This document shows, one piece after another, positions 46,280 through 56,997 of a stretch of DNA of 64,000 bases. Numbering within the stretch: position 1 is the stretch's first letter; each line of letters opens with the position of its first letter. The notes under the pieces are model-generated. The model saw only the letters and a list, made by a program, of their open reading frames with translations, ran no database searches and was not told the DNA's origin. This DNA comes from a virus: IMG/VR virus record IMGVR_UViG_3300025057_000003, positions 32,001-96,000 of that record, one strand, 5' to 3'. A program made the translations under genes and the position numbers.

Positions 46280-47880
46280 ATATTTTAACGGATATACTTA
46301 GTCTGATTAAAAGGAAAAAGTTTGTTGATCAAGCTAAAGCCAATGATGTATTAGTTCTTGGGATTAATGAAGAACCTGAGATAGAAGGTATAGCATCACC
46401 GGTTCCCTATAAAGACGTTAAGTTAATCAAAGTATCAGACTTTATTTCTGCAGGATCTGTAGATGCAGAGAATGTACCAATAGGTGCATCTGAAGCAGGA
46501 TGTTTTAAAAATAAGGTTACGGATCCAGTTACTGGGGAAGCTACACTTAACTTTAGAAGATTAAAATCACTGTCTCTAGATCTTACTATACAAGAAAACG
46601 GAGACTACGTTGAGTTTGATATTGATGTTATAGATGAAGGTGTTTGGTCTATACCTAATGCTGCAGGTAAAGATATATATTATGATACATTTCAAGATGC
46701 TTTAGATGCAGCTTCTTCTGGAGATACCGTATATCTACATACTAATGTTATAGAAACTGGAGCAGTTACTGTAGTATTAAAAACTGGAGTTAATGTTGAC
46801 TTTAATGGATTTACATATATATTAGATGAACCATCTAATATAAGTGCAATTGGTGATGGTGGACTGGGTGTAACTGGTGTTGTATTATCAAATGGAATAG
46901 TTCAAAGAAAAGGTGCTCTGGTTACAGGAACTGAAACGGATACCTTAGCTCTTTATATACAAAGTGGGTCATCAATAATTACATATGAAAATATGATCTT
47001 TACAAATAATAATGGTGTAGCTTGTAGAGTTGATGGTGAGACAAGAGGTATAAAAGGTAAAGGTACAGTAGTTGGTATATCATGTGGATTTTCTTCATAT
47101 TTGTATAATTCAATAGGATTTGGTGCAAATACTGGTATAGGTATAAATTCAACTGCTGAAGGAAAAGTGGGTGAACTATATAATTGTATAGGATATTCTG
47201 ATCTTGGAGTTGGTATAAATTCAAATTTTGATATAATAAGTTGTAAAGGTTATTCAGGAGGAGATGACGGAATTAGAGTAAACGGACTTAGAATATATGA
47301 CTCATTTGGATTTAGTACAAGGGCTAACGGGATCTCTTTATTAAACTGCGAGGCTCATTTCTGCAAAGGTGTATCTCTTGCTGCAACTGAGGAATTACCA
47401 ATTGGTAGTTCTGGAATTAGAATAGAAGATTGTGTCAATATAAATAATTGTGCAGGTTATGGCTCACAGGCTAACGGTATGGGTGTTATAACTACCGGGA
47501 TAATTACTAGATCTATAATTTCAAATTCATCAGCCAGCAGTACTAGAAATGCACTTAGAGTATATCAATATCTTGGAGTTGGTACTCAGACAACAGATAT
47601 GGTATTCATGAATTGTTCTTTTGATGGGTCTAGAGATGTTGCATTAATTGATAGAAATGATGTTGCTAAAACAACCTTTATGAATTGTAGTTTTTACACA
47701 ATTAATGATTTTTACAGTTGCATAAAAGGTATAAGCTCAGGTTCAACTACTATACCTGTTGATGTTAGTTATGCAAATTGTACATTTAAGACAGAACAAA
47801 ATTCTGCGGGTACACCGCTTGTTAATATAAATCAAGCAATAACAAATACTACAGATAACCAAGGTAATACTTACATATAA
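46276..47880 (+). CDS. Tail fibre/spike with parallel beta-helix domain
   Basis: 534 aa. TFQDALDAASSGDTVYL is a typical beta-helix cap, followed by G/I/N/C-rich rungs (NCIGYS, NCSF, NCTF). Confidence 0.7.
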   Translation: MNILTDILSLIKRKKFVDQAKANDVLVLGINEEPEIEGIASPVPYKDVKLIKVSDFISAGSVDAENVPIGASEAGCFKNKVTDPVTGEATLNFRRLKSLSLDLTIQENGDYVEFDIDVIDEGVWSIPNAAGKDIYYDTFQDALDAASSGDTVYLHTNVIETGAVTVVLKTGVNVDFNGFTYILDEPSNISAIGDGGLGVTGVVLSNGIVQRKGALVTGTETDTLALYIQSGSSIITYENMIFTNNNGVACRVDGETRGIKGKGTVVGISCGFSSYLYNSIGFGANTGIGINSTAEGKVGELYNCIGYSDLGVGINSNFDIISCKGYSGGDDGIRVNGLRIYDSFGFSTRANGISLLNCEAHFCKGVSLAATEELPIGSSGIRIEDCVNINNCAGYGSQANGMGVITTGIITRSIISNSSASSTRNALRVYQYLGVGTQTTDMVFMNCSFDGSRDVALIDRNDVAKTTFMNCSFYTINDFYSCIKGISSGSTTIPVDVSYANCTFKTEQNSAGTPLVNINQAITNTTDNQGNTYI

Positions 47881-47890
47881 AATATACATT

Positions 47891-48133
47891 ATGAAAAAAC
47901 CAAGTAAAACAGAAATGAGAAAATGGGAGATTGAATCAGCATTGTCAACTTTACAAAGAGCTGAGGAGATAAAAAAAGATGCATCTTTAATGCGTGATGT
48001 AAAAAAGGCAGCTAAAAGTCAAGCAGATAGTTTAATGAAACTTGGCGGAGCTGTAACTAGTAAAAGAACTATTACTAGAAAATCTCCAGTAAGAACAACA
48101 ACTACTAAGAGAACTCTTAGAAGAAAAAAGTAA
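47891..48133 (+). CDS. Small basic hypothetical protein
   Basis: 80 aa; KWEIESALSTLQRAEEIKKD helix and a K/R/T-rich tail. Confidence 0.65.
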   Translation: MKKPSKTEMRKWEIESALSTLQRAEEIKKDASLMRDVKKAAKSQADSLMKLGGAVTSKRTITRKSPVRTTTTKRTLRRKK

Positions 48134-48140
48134 ATAAGAC

Positions 48141-51100
48141 ATGGCAGTAACAGTAGTAACAACTAAAATGGCAGGTGGTGTAAATTACACACACACCACT
48201 GATACTTCGGCAGACTGGCCGTCAGTACCAGTTAGTACCTATTTCTATGATATAGATACAGAAATAGTATACTATAAAGATGCTGCCGGAACTGTTATAG
48301 ATGCATATGAAGAAGGTGGTCTAACTACGGTTGCAACTGATGGTTTCACTATAACAGGTGATGGTACACCAACTAATCCTTTAGGTTCAGTTGGAGTATC
48401 TGGAGGAAATCTATTAATATCAGGTGGTGCATCATACTCTGGTACAGGATTAGACTTTGATATATCTATTCTTGTATTTAAGATAGCGGGAATTCAATAT
48501 ACAACATCAGCTGAGACAACACTTACACTAGCCGCAGGTGATCCTACCTTTGCAAGATTTGATGCTATTATAGCCACATTAGATACTAATGATAATCCTA
48601 TAGTAGATGTTGTACAAGGAACTCCTTCAGCTACTCCAGTTACTCCAGCACTTAACGCAGATCAAGTATTAGTTCAATATGTAGATATTCAAGCAGCATC
48701 AACTACTCCAAATATTACAATACAGCAAGTATATAGAGAAGATCAAACATCTGATTGGTTAGGTAGTGTATCTGGAGGATTTGGGAACGCAGCTGTTTTT
48801 TCATCTACAACACCTTCTCCAACAGAGGGATCTTTTTGTTGCCTTAATACAGTAGGTAGATATGGTATTAGAAGAGGTACTAGATTTACAGCACCTGCTG
48901 CAGTAAATAGAAGTCAATACACACAACTAAGTTTTAGAATATATTTAGTAGATGATTTTATAGCTAATTATGTCAATTACATTAGAGTATTTGGGTATAG
49001 TGCTCTTCCTCCAGAGGAAGGAGGTACTGGTACATATCTTGGTTTACTAGATGTAATACCTTACATGGATTTAACAGCTGTAGGTCAATGGCAGTTAGTT
49101 GTTGTCCCTACAGGACTAATGAATCAAAACTTAAGTGTAAGTGAAATTGGTTTCTTAAACTTTACTGTATACAACTGTCCACCTGCTTTAGTTAAATGCG
49201 GTGGTACTGCGCTCAAAGATAATACTGGTAATTTAATAACTCTTCAGTATGCTATAGATGATGTTAAATTACAAACAGGAACTACCCCATCACCTGGAGC
49301 ACCTACTGTTGATATTTTAGAAAATACTATTGCTGTAGGTTCTACTAGAACACTTGATTTTCAAGATGGTAACAATACTACAGTTAATGTAACAGATGAT
49401 CTTATTAATAATAAAATAGATGTTCAAATAGACTATACAGGTTCTGATGAATTAGTTAAAGCTTCAGCTGCGGATACTATGCCTGGTTTTTTAGATACAA
49501 AGCTAACAGCAGGTACCAACGTTACATTTAATACTTTAAACCCTGGAGCTAATGAATCAGTTGAAATCAGTGCAACTGATACAGATACAACATATGATCT
49601 TACATCAGCTCAGAATGTTTCTGATGTTGATATAACACTTACAGGATCTGATGCTACTACAGATACAGTAAAGCTTGTTGCTGGTACTAATATTACACTA
49701 ACTGATAGCGGCACCAATCAAGTTACAATAGATGCTGCCGGTGGAGGTGAGGCAAACACTGCTTCTAATGTAGGTACAGGAGCAGGTCAAGTCTTTAAAC
49801 AAAAGACGGGTGTTGATCTAGAACTCAAGACTATAAAAGCTGGTACTAACATTACTGTTACAAATAATGTAGATGATATAACAATTGATGCAACAGGTGG
49901 CAGTGGTGAAGTTAATACAGCATCTAATGTTGGAGTTGGAGATGGAGTTTTCAAGCAAAAAACTGGAGTAGATTTAGAGTTTAAATCATTAGTTGCAGGT
50001 ACAAATATAACTTTAACTTCAGGAACAGATACAATTACCATTGATGCAGCAGGTGGTTCTGGTGGATCAGGTATATGGGGAATTGCTAATGCGGCTGGTG
50101 TTTATACTTTTTATTCTACAATAGCTTTAGCTAATGCTGCAGCTAGTGCAGGAGATACAATTGTACTATTTACAAATGTTACTGAAACAGGTGCAGTTAC
50201 TTGGAATCTTGTTAATGGTGTAAATATAAATTTAAATGGTCATACTTACACTTTAGATAATGCCGCAGCTATTGCAGCAATTACAGATAATGCAGTTGCG
50301 GTTGAATGTAAAATATCAAATGGAATTATACAAAGATTAAATGGTGCAGGATTAGCGATAGCTGCCGCATTTACAAACGCATCCAGTGAAATTATTCTTG
50401 ATAATGTAAAAGTTATAGAAGCAGCAGCAGGTATTGCTTTAAGTACTGCAGGTAAAGTTTATGGTGGTATATACGAAAGTGGTTCCCCAGTAGGAGCAGT
50501 TTTAGCAAATAGTTCCACTAGTGAAATATATAATGCAATAATACTTGGCGGTAGAGTTGAAGTTAAGGGTGGTAAATTAGAAAATTGTTATGTTTCTACT
50601 AATTCATATGTAGATCTTAGTCTCTCTGGAATATTAGAAAGATGTACAATTATAGGAGAATCTGGATCACTTGCAGCAGTAAACTGTCAAAATACTGTAT
50701 CAAATAATGGTAAAATGACTAACTGTGTAGTAAGATCTATAGGAGGTACTCCTGCCTTAGTTCAAAATACATCAATATCATTTTTCCATAATTGTTATTT
50801 TGAAAGTACTGCAGAGAATGCAGTAGAAACTACACTTGGTTATTTTTATGGTTGTACTTTTTATTCTGTATCTAGAGTAGCTGTTGATGCTCAACGATCT
50901 AAATTCCATAATTGTAATATGTATTCATTAACAAATGGAGGAGTGCAAACAGGTGCAGAAGGAGCTAATTACTTTTATGGTTGTAATATAACTTCTTTAT
51001 TTGCAACTACAGATGCTTGTACAATAACTGCAACTGGTACTGCAGGAGCAAATATATTTTCAATGTGTAACTTTGAAGTACAATCTTCAACTGATTTTGG

Positions 51101-51242
51101 AATTGCATCAACTGTAGCTTCAGATGTTTATTTAATTGGTAATACTTTTAATGGTATGGCTACAGCAATAGATGGTAATACAACAAATATTCAAAGTACC
51201 GCAAATCAACATGATAAATTTGGTAACGTTTTAATAGGGTAA
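48141..51242 (+). CDS. Tail fibre with internal repeats, beta-sandwich and C-terminal beta-helix
   Basis: 1033 aa, T/G/A/N-rich; AGTN[IV]T repeats; [15 protein letters not shown] cap followed by beta-helix rungs. Confidence 0.75.
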   Translation: MAVTVVTTKMAGGVNYTHTTDTSADWPSVPVSTYFYDIDTEIVYYKDAAGTVIDAYEEGGLTTVATDGFTITGDGTPTNPLGSVGVSGGNLLISGGASYSGTGLDFDISILVFKIAGIQYTTSAETTLTLAAGDPTFARFDAIIATLDTNDNPIVDVVQGTPSATPVTPALNADQVLVQYVDIQAASTTPNITIQQVYREDQTSDWLGSVSGGFGNAAVFSSTTPSPTEGSFCCLNTVGRYGIRRGTRFTAPAAVNRSQYTQLSFRIYLVDDFIANYVNYIRVFGYSALPPEEGGTGTYLGLLDVIPYMDLTAVGQWQLVVVPTGLMNQNLSVSEIGFLNFTVYNCPPALVKCGGTALKDNTGNLITLQYAIDDVKLQTGTTPSPGAPTVDILENTIAVGSTRTLDFQDGNNTTVNVTDDLINNKIDVQIDYTGSDELVKASAADTMPGFLDTKLTAGTNVTFNTLNPGANESVEISATDTDTTYDLTSAQNVSDVDITLTGSDATTDTVKLVAGTNITLTDSGTNQVTIDAAGGGEANTASNVGTGAGQVFKQKTGVDLELKTIKAGTNITVTNNVDDITIDATGGSGEVNTASNVGVGDGVFKQKTGVDLEFKSLVAGTNITLTSGTDTITIDAAGGSGGSGIWGIANAAGVYTFYSTIALANAAASAGDTIVLFTNVTETGAVTWNLVNGVNINLNGHTYTLDNAAAIAAITDNAVAVECKISNGIIQRLNGAGLAIAAAFTNASSEIILDNVKVIEAAAGIALSTAGKVYGGIYESGSPVGAVLANSSTSEIYNAIILGGRVEVKGGKLENCYVSTNSYVDLSLSGILERCTIIGESGSLAAVNCQNTVSNNGKMTNCVVRSIGGTPALVQNTSISFFHNCYFESTAENAVETTLGYFYGCTFYSVSRVAVDAQRSKFHNCNMYSLTNGGVQTGAEGANYFYGCNITSLFATTDACTITATGTAGANIFSMCNFEVQSSTDFGIASTVASDVYLIGNTFNGMATAIDGNTTNIQSTANQHDKFGNVLIG
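49680..50060 (+). repeat. Tandem ~52-aa repeat in tail fibre
   Basis: GE[AV][20 protein letters not shown]...AGTNIT.T...D.ITIDA.GG occurs twice, with additional AGTN[IV]T units upstream. Confidence 0.85.
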
Positions 51243-51244
51243 TT

Positions 51245-52741
51245 ATGGCATATACAGCATTAAACTTAGGATATATACCAACAGCAGGTTATGAGTACAC
51301 AGGTACTACAGATAGTAGTGCTGATTGGGCGAGTGTACCTAATGAAACTTATTTCTTTGATAAAACAGAGAGACAAGTTTATTACAAAGATGTCAATGGT
51401 GGTGTATATGGTGCTTATGCAGGTGGTGAAGAAGGAGTATTAAATACATTTAATATATCATCTAGTCAGTGGAGTAGAACAGCTCCATTAACAAACTTAC
51501 TTGATGGTCAAACTGCCAACGGTTTTACTTTTTTTAGAGATGATTTATACGCTAGTGAGTTGACATTGGGCACCCCAACTGGTTCTGGTTATACAATTGC
51601 CAATGATGTTCCTACTACTACTACTGGATCAGGAGATAATAATTTAACAGTAAATATTTTAGCTGTTGCAGGAGGGCGAATTACCCAATTAGAAGTAGCT
51701 AATCCTGGATTTGGTTATACGTTACGTGATACAATTACAATAACTCAAGCTGGATCAACAAATGATCAAACAGCTACTATAACAGATGTAGCAAGTGATA
51801 AGTCTTTACCATCTGTAGCTATACTAACTATTGATAATCCTGGAACTGGTTATAGTACTGGTACAGCAATACAAGTATCTGGAGGTACTGGAGTTGGTTT
51901 ATTAGTAAACATAGATTCTGTTGGTGGAAGTGGTGAGATTACCGGAGTATCAATTAATGATAAAGGTGACAGATATACAAATGGTGATTCAGTTACAGTA
52001 GAGTCTGGAAACCGTGATGCAACTTTAACTTTAACTTGTTATGAGGCAGGTACAACAGTATATGATCAGTACAATATAGCTTATGGTCTTAGTGTTAGTT
52101 TAAGTGGTACAAGCGGAACGGCAAATATCCGTATTGGAGGGTCAGATTATTTAGCTACGTTCAATACTGATTTATTTACAACAGCACAAGATTGGGAAGA
52201 TTTATATGGAGATACTTTAAGAGCTTTAAATATTAGATCTTTTGTTTTAGGAAGTGGTACAGATGCTAGAATAAGATTCTGTGCGCCAAGAGCTACATTA
52301 TTAACTTTATCAATAGCTAATGTATCAGGAGACTTAAGTGGAACTATATTAAATGAATTTACTGGAGGGACACTTCCGCAACCTGATCATTTGTTAATAC
52401 CTTATGTAGGCAAACCATACTTTGGTAAAAGAATACAGCATATTATCCGAGTAAACTTTAATGTAAATACAGGGCCTGTAAAATATGCAACTTTACAATT
52501 ACGTAGATATGCAAATGACTCTGTGATTGGTAGTGGTATACCTGTTCAAAGATATGATAATACTTCTGGAATTACAGGACAGCAGCACAATTTTGTAACT
52601 TACACTGCAAGTCCTGTAGATAGTTTTGTATTAGGAGGTTTTTACTTTGCATTAGAAAATCAATCAGGTACAGATTGGGAAATTGAAGGTTCTGCTGGTA
52701 TATTAGTTCAGAATACATTCTCCAACGAAACAAGTTTTTAA
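51245..52741 (+). CDS. Tail-associated/fibre protein
   Basis: 498 aa; N-terminal module paralogous to that of ORF 48141; repeated NPG.GY/G..YT.GD beta units. Confidence 0.65.
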   Translation: MAYTALNLGYIPTAGYEYTGTTDSSADWASVPNETYFFDKTERQVYYKDVNGGVYGAYAGGEEGVLNTFNISSSQWSRTAPLTNLLDGQTANGFTFFRDDLYASELTLGTPTGSGYTIANDVPTTTTGSGDNNLTVNILAVAGGRITQLEVANPGFGYTLRDTITITQAGSTNDQTATITDVASDKSLPSVAILTIDNPGTGYSTGTAIQVSGGTGVGLLVNIDSVGGSGEITGVSINDKGDRYTNGDSVTVESGNRDATLTLTCYEAGTTVYDQYNIAYGLSVSLSGTSGTANIRIGGSDYLATFNTDLFTTAQDWEDLYGDTLRALNIRSFVLGSGTDARIRFCAPRATLLTLSIANVSGDLSGTILNEFTGGTLPQPDHLLIPYVGKPYFGKRIQHIIRVNFNVNTGPVKYATLQLRRYANDSVIGSGIPVQRYDNTSGITGQQHNFVTYTASPVDSFVLGGFYFALENQSGTDWEIEGSAGILVQNTFSNETSF

Positions 52742-52790
52742 AGGTACCCATCAGAACACCTTAACTGATGGGGTTGGTTTACCTTTATTA
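52740..52790 (+). terminator. Hairpin at end of tail gene block (terminator-like)
   Basis: AAAGGTA-CCCATCAG..CTGATGGG..TACCTTT nested stems directly after the stop, followed by a T-rich tract. Confidence 0.55.
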
Positions 52791-52909
52791 TGTACACAGA
52801 ATTGGGTATGGTGTTTTTAAATTCCACTAGGGCTGTGGATCCTTTCTACTAGCTACTAAGTAAATTAAAAGGATGGCAATTAATGCCTTTAATATGAGCC
52901 CTAAGTCTA

Positions 52910-53791
52910 TCAAATCTCAAAATCAAATTCATCATTAATCTCATCTTCATGAACATGAATGACTTCAGGGTTATTATCAACTCCATATAATTGGGATGAT
53001 AATTCATCTTCAGTAATTTCATCTTCAATCTGATCTTCTGTATTAACTGAATCTCTAGGAGTAACTCCCATTCCATTTAATACATTAGCTACCATAAAGT
53101 CATGGAAGTTTTTTGTATCACTTAACCATGCTCTAGGATGAACTGATTTATACGAGTGTGTTACATGATTATAGAAAGCCCATGCATTCTCTTGATCACA
53201 TTGGTAATCATATGATGGTTTTTCCATCTCATCTTTAACACAACTCATTTGTCTTGGACTAATAAGATCTTCATTAAAATACATGCGTCCAAGTAATTGA
53301 GCTTGCTCTTTAAATGTTAGAGGAGTATTTCTTAGATTATCTCTATCATCTTTAATCCGGTCAAATGCTTTCTGAGCATTTTTAATTTGACTTGATATCT
53401 GCATTTTAATTTCCTGATCTGCGGTACCTGTATGCTTTCTAGCATAATTCAGTTCTCCACAAACCATTCCATTACTACATGCAAATACATGTGCTCCAAT
53501 AGCACATTGGAATCTGATAGATTTATCATAAGAGTTTGTCCAGGCAAACATCATACCTATTTCATTGTCATCATGACCTGATAAAGGTTTTATATGATAA
53601 ATACCTTGGGCTACTTCTCCACGATTATTAGCTCTATATAATTCATTTGTAACAATAAATCCACTATTAGCAAGCATTTGCTTAGTGGTATCAATTACAA
53701 ATTTGTGTGATATAACCGTATACGTATCAGCATGTGATGGCAACGGTGCGTTTACTACAAAGTCTCTTGTTACTTCTATTTGACTTTTCAT
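52910..53791 (-). CDS. DUF932-like phage/plasmid protein
   Basis: 293 aa; WTNSYDKS..F..GAHVFACSNGMV..RKHTG..NAWAFYNHVTH is the signature of this family. Confidence 0.8.
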   Translation of the reverse strand: MKSQIEVTRDFVVNAPLPSHADTYTVISHKFVIDTTKQMLANSGFIVTNELYRANNRGEVAQGIYHIKPLSGHDDNEIGMMFAWTNSYDKSIRFQCAIGAHVFACSNGMVCGELNYARKHTGTADQEIKMQISSQIKNAQKAFDRIKDDRDNLRNTPLTFKEQAQLLGRMYFNEDLISPRQMSCVKDEMEKPSYDYQCDQENAWAFYNHVTHSYKSVHPRAWLSDTKNFHDFMVANVLNGMGVTPRDSVNTEDQIEDEITEDELSSQLYGVDNNPEVIHVHEDEINDEFDFEI

Positions 53792-53842
53792 AAATTAAAC
53801 TTTATAAGTGTAAATATATTAATAATGTTGGACTATTCCAAA

Positions 53843-53926
53843 TTATACAATTATTAAAAACATAACAATCAAGCATATTATGCCGAATATTATAGCAGAT
53901 AATATTGTATGAAGTTTATGATTCAT
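53843..53926 (-). CDS. Tiny hydrophobic peptide (27 aa)
   Basis: MNHKLHTILSAIIFGIICLIVMFLIIV*; TAATG-coupled to the polymerase stop. Confidence 0.45.
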   Translation of the reverse strand: MNHKLHTILSAIIFGIICLIVMFLIIV

Positions 53927-55926
53927 TAAAATAATTCTAATTGATTAATACTAGTATGTAATATTGAATTTATTTCAGATTCAATAGCTTTAATATAATA
54001 AGCAAGATCAATATTATAATCTTCCCACTTGGGTTCTAACTTTATTTCATTGAATAAGGTTTGCATCCATCTTCCGGCTTCATTTTGTATTTCTCTTCCA
54101 TCTTTATTATTAATCCTTAGTATTTTAACGCTTTTTTCACCATGTTTGGATATGAAGTATCTATTGATCTTTTGAAGATCTTCTTCTTTATATATACCGT
54201 TATTTGATGATATAGCTACTTGCTTCCAATCACCTTTTGATTTTTTACCTATACAGTAGTCAAGTATATTTTTATTCTTTGCAAGATAGTCTTCTGGTAA
54301 GACATCCTTAACAAAGTAATTATAAATAGCCTTTTTAACTACTAGTTTAGATTTATTCTTATGGAGTTGAAGTTCATGAAAATTAAATCTACCTTTTAAC
54401 TTTACAGGAGCATACATAAAATCAGAACCTTTTACTTTAAATAAGTAATGTGGATTCTCTTCTTTTGCTTTTCTCCAGTTAGTTATATCAACAGATTTAA
54501 AATCATTTACTGCAATGTAATTATTAACATCACCAAGAACAAGTCTTTGATATGTGTCATGCTCAAGATTTAGTTGAGTTAGATCTTCCCACTGTTTGCA
54601 GATCTCTAAATATAGATCTTTTTTGTTTCTTGGAATTCTAATCTCTACACCATCTGTATTTTGCAATAAGCCAAATGCTTCTGGTATTGCGTCCAGTATC
54701 ATATCATATAACATCATCAGACTAAGCTGACCATTGAGTGTTATACGCATGCATAGTTCAGGATCATAAAAGAAGCTATTCTCTTCATTGCTCAAACCAA
54801 ATGTACTATTAAGTATAATTTTATATACATAGTTCATTGGATTAGACTTTGGGATTTTAACTCTCTCATTAAAGAACCATTCATACTGATCACAGAACTC
54901 TTCTTTTGGAAAGTGTGCGGGTGACCACTTATTCCGAATACATAGATTTGGATAGAAAGATGTAACATCCGAAGACATAATAATATGATCATCATCTGAT
55001 TTATATACACCACTTTTTCTTGCACCGTGAATGCCACCTAATGCAAACGTTGTGTGTACACCTTTGTGTTCCATCTCATATCTAAACTGACCCTTAAGCC
55101 TCATTGCATCTAGCTCAAGAGATTTAAATCTTTCAAGAGCAGCTTTAAATTCAGGAGCATTAAACTTAATGTAAGGTAATATAAGATCTTTAACCTTAAT
55201 TACATTTCTATAAGTCTTCATGTTCTTGATTTCCCCCGGGTTCATATCCAACTTCTTACCTAAATAATAAGCAAATAGTTCTTTAGCAATCTTTGGTTCA
55301 GAAGCACTAAATAGATTTATACCATATTGAGATGTAAGTTCTTTGCGTAACTTAATCTCTGATTTAGATCTATTAAATATTTCTTTAGTAGATGCAACAT
55401 CATTAACACAATACTTAACTATTGTATCTAGCTCCTCTTGGGTTTTGATTTCTGTAGTATGATGTATAGGCATATCTAAAAGATTTTCCCAATCCATACT
55501 ATACTGAATCCATTTAAGGCTAGAACGTTTAGCTGGGTTGTCCCAGTGGTGTAACTTAAATAAATCAATCTGACCTATTTGTATATGCCACGGTGCAAAT
55601 ACTCCCCATTCTTTTTTATTTTGCCTAGCTATTGTGTCTTGAGCAAAGTCATAAATAATACCAGCTATGTCTTCAGCGCACATGCTATGCCACATATGGT
55701 AATTATTTAGTATATACTGAGTCACTTGAGCATCAAAAGCTAAACCATTATATGATATATGCCATTGCTTCTCATCTCTATTTGTATGTAAAAATTCTAT
55801 GAAATCATCAAAATCATTTTGTAACTCATGTACTATAAATACTCTTTCCTCAGAGGTTTTATAATGCTGAAATACTGCTACAAAACAATTTGATAATGTT
55901 TCATAATCCATTATGTAGTGATCCAT
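53926..55926 (-). CDS. polB: Family B DNA polymerase
   Basis: 666 aa. ExoI DYET, ExoII YNGLAFD, ExoIII YCVND; motif A SDVTSFYPN, motif B KIILNSTFG, motif C NTDG. Confidence 0.93.
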   Translation of the reverse strand: MDHYIMDYETLSNCFVAVFQHYKTSEERVFIVHELQNDFDDFIEFLHTNRDEKQWHISYNGLAFDAQVTQYILNNYHMWHSMCAEDIAGIIYDFAQDTIARQNKKEWGVFAPWHIQIGQIDLFKLHHWDNPAKRSSLKWIQYSMDWENLLDMPIHHTTEIKTQEELDTIVKYCVNDVASTKEIFNRSKSEIKLRKELTSQYGINLFSASEPKIAKELFAYYLGKKLDMNPGEIKNMKTYRNVIKVKDLILPYIKFNAPEFKAALERFKSLELDAMRLKGQFRYEMEHKGVHTTFALGGIHGARKSGVYKSDDDHIIMSSDVTSFYPNLCIRNKWSPAHFPKEEFCDQYEWFFNERVKIPKSNPMNYVYKIILNSTFGLSNEENSFFYDPELCMRITLNGQLSLMMLYDMILDAIPEAFGLLQNTDGVEIRIPRNKKDLYLEICKQWEDLTQLNLEHDTYQRLVLGDVNNYIAVNDFKSVDITNWRKAKEENPHYLFKVKGSDFMYAPVKLKGRFNFHELQLHKNKSKLVVKKAIYNYFVKDVLPEDYLAKNKNILDYCIGKKSKGDWKQVAISSNNGIYKEEDLQKINRYFISKHGEKSVKILRINNKDGREIQNEAGRWMQTLFNEIKLEPKWEDYNIDLAYYIKAIESEINSILHTSINQLELF

Positions 55927-55941
55927 ACTAAAGTTTTAAGC

Positions 55942-55977
55942 AAAAAAAAAGAGGTTATAATACCTCTTTTCTTTTTT
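55942..55977. terminator. Bidirectional intrinsic terminator
   Basis: A9-GAGGT-tataat-ACCTC-T-rich; the hairpin is followed by a U-tract on both strands. Confidence 0.7.
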
Positions 55978-55989
55978 ATTTGATATAGT

Positions 55990-56415
55990 TTAAGCTGGCA
56001 TGATAATGTTAGATATTTTAGTTTCCTTAGCATCAACATTCATAAAGTCTTTATAATTAAATGAGCCTGCATTAATTGCAAATAATTCAATAAAGTTTTC
56101 AATCTCTTCTTTTTCTGTAATATAAAATTCAGAAAAAGTTTCAACCATAACTCTTTGTTCTTTCATTACCTTGCCAGTTTCGTTATTAGGAAACTTTAAT
56201 TTTTGAGGTTCACCATCATCATTTAATCTAGGCATCATGGTAAACGTTTGTTTTTTATTCTTGGAAATAACTACTATAATCCCGCTAGCAGGATCAAACA
56301 TTGCTTCCACATATGGGCAGTCTTCACTGACTGCAATCATGTTAAATGATTTAACTCCTCTAAATGAAGAGGATATTAACATCATGTTCTGACCAATTAG
56401 TTTTTTTACACTCAT
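55990..56415 (-). CDS. Hypothetical protein
   Basis: 141 aa, coupled to the upstream gene by a TAATG overlap. Confidence 0.75.
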   Translation of the reverse strand: MSVKKLIGQNMMLISSSFRGVKSFNMIAVSEDCPYVEAMFDPASGIIVVISKNKKQTFTMMPRLNDDGEPQKLKFPNNETGKVMKEQRVMVETFSEFYITEKEEIENFIELFAINAGSFNYKDFMNVDAKETKISNIIMPA

Positions 56416-56996
56416 TAATTATTTTTTTCTAAAGATATAGAATTATTGTGTAATAAAGCAAACTCATCTGGAATTTTTTCAAATAGTGTTTCTTTTTCTA
56501 GATCAGGAGGTGTGCATAGTTCATGTGTTTCCTTTATAATATCTAAGCTTACATCTAATGCTTCTGCATATGTTTCATGATGTTCACTTGGATCCAGGTA
56601 AGATTGTATATACTTACTTATTCTACCAACCTTACCAAAGTATTTTAATATCTTATGTTTTGTTTTAACTGAAAATTTAGAGTAATGTCCTTTTACGAAC
56701 ATATCAAAGTCATGCTCATATTTAGAATAGTCAAAAATGTAAATTTGCTTGTCCTTCATTCTTTCTTTATGATCTAACAATGGATGTGAATCCAAATGTC
56801 TTCTCTCAAAATTTCTGAACTTTAAGTTTGCATTTGTATGATAAATACAGATATACCTATAGTCATGTGGCTGATAAAGACCATCCCAGCAGATATATGT
56901 TTCTACTGGGACGTAATCTTCACCTTTCCTTATGTCTAATAAAGGATACAAAAAAATCTTTGATTTTTGAAAATACTGCATATAAGCCTGAGTCAT
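56415..56996 (-). CDS. Hypothetical protein (replication module)
   Basis: 193 aa; KSKIFLYPLL..DFDMFVKGHYSKFS; tightly packed with its neighbours. Confidence 0.75.
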   Translation of the reverse strand: MTQAYMQYFQKSKIFLYPLLDIRKGEDYVPVETYICWDGLYQPHDYRYICIYHTNANLKFRNFERRHLDSHPLLDHKERMKDKQIYIFDYSKYEHDFDMFVKGHYSKFSVKTKHKILKYFGKVGRISKYIQSYLDPSEHHETYAEALDVSLDIIKETHELCTPPDLEKETLFEKIPDEFALLHNNSISLEKNN

Positions 56997-56997
56997 A

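Noticed and set aside
46276-52741. Diversity-generating retroelement or invertase shufflon acting on tail fibres
   Set aside because: No reverse transcriptase or recombinase in the window, and no near-identical nucleotide repeat pair with adenine-specific differences was seen; the similarities are diverged protein-level paralogy.
52849-53076. 75-aa alternate-frame ORF overlapping the end of the DUF932-like gene
   Set aside because: Off-frame overlap with biased composition; no supporting features.
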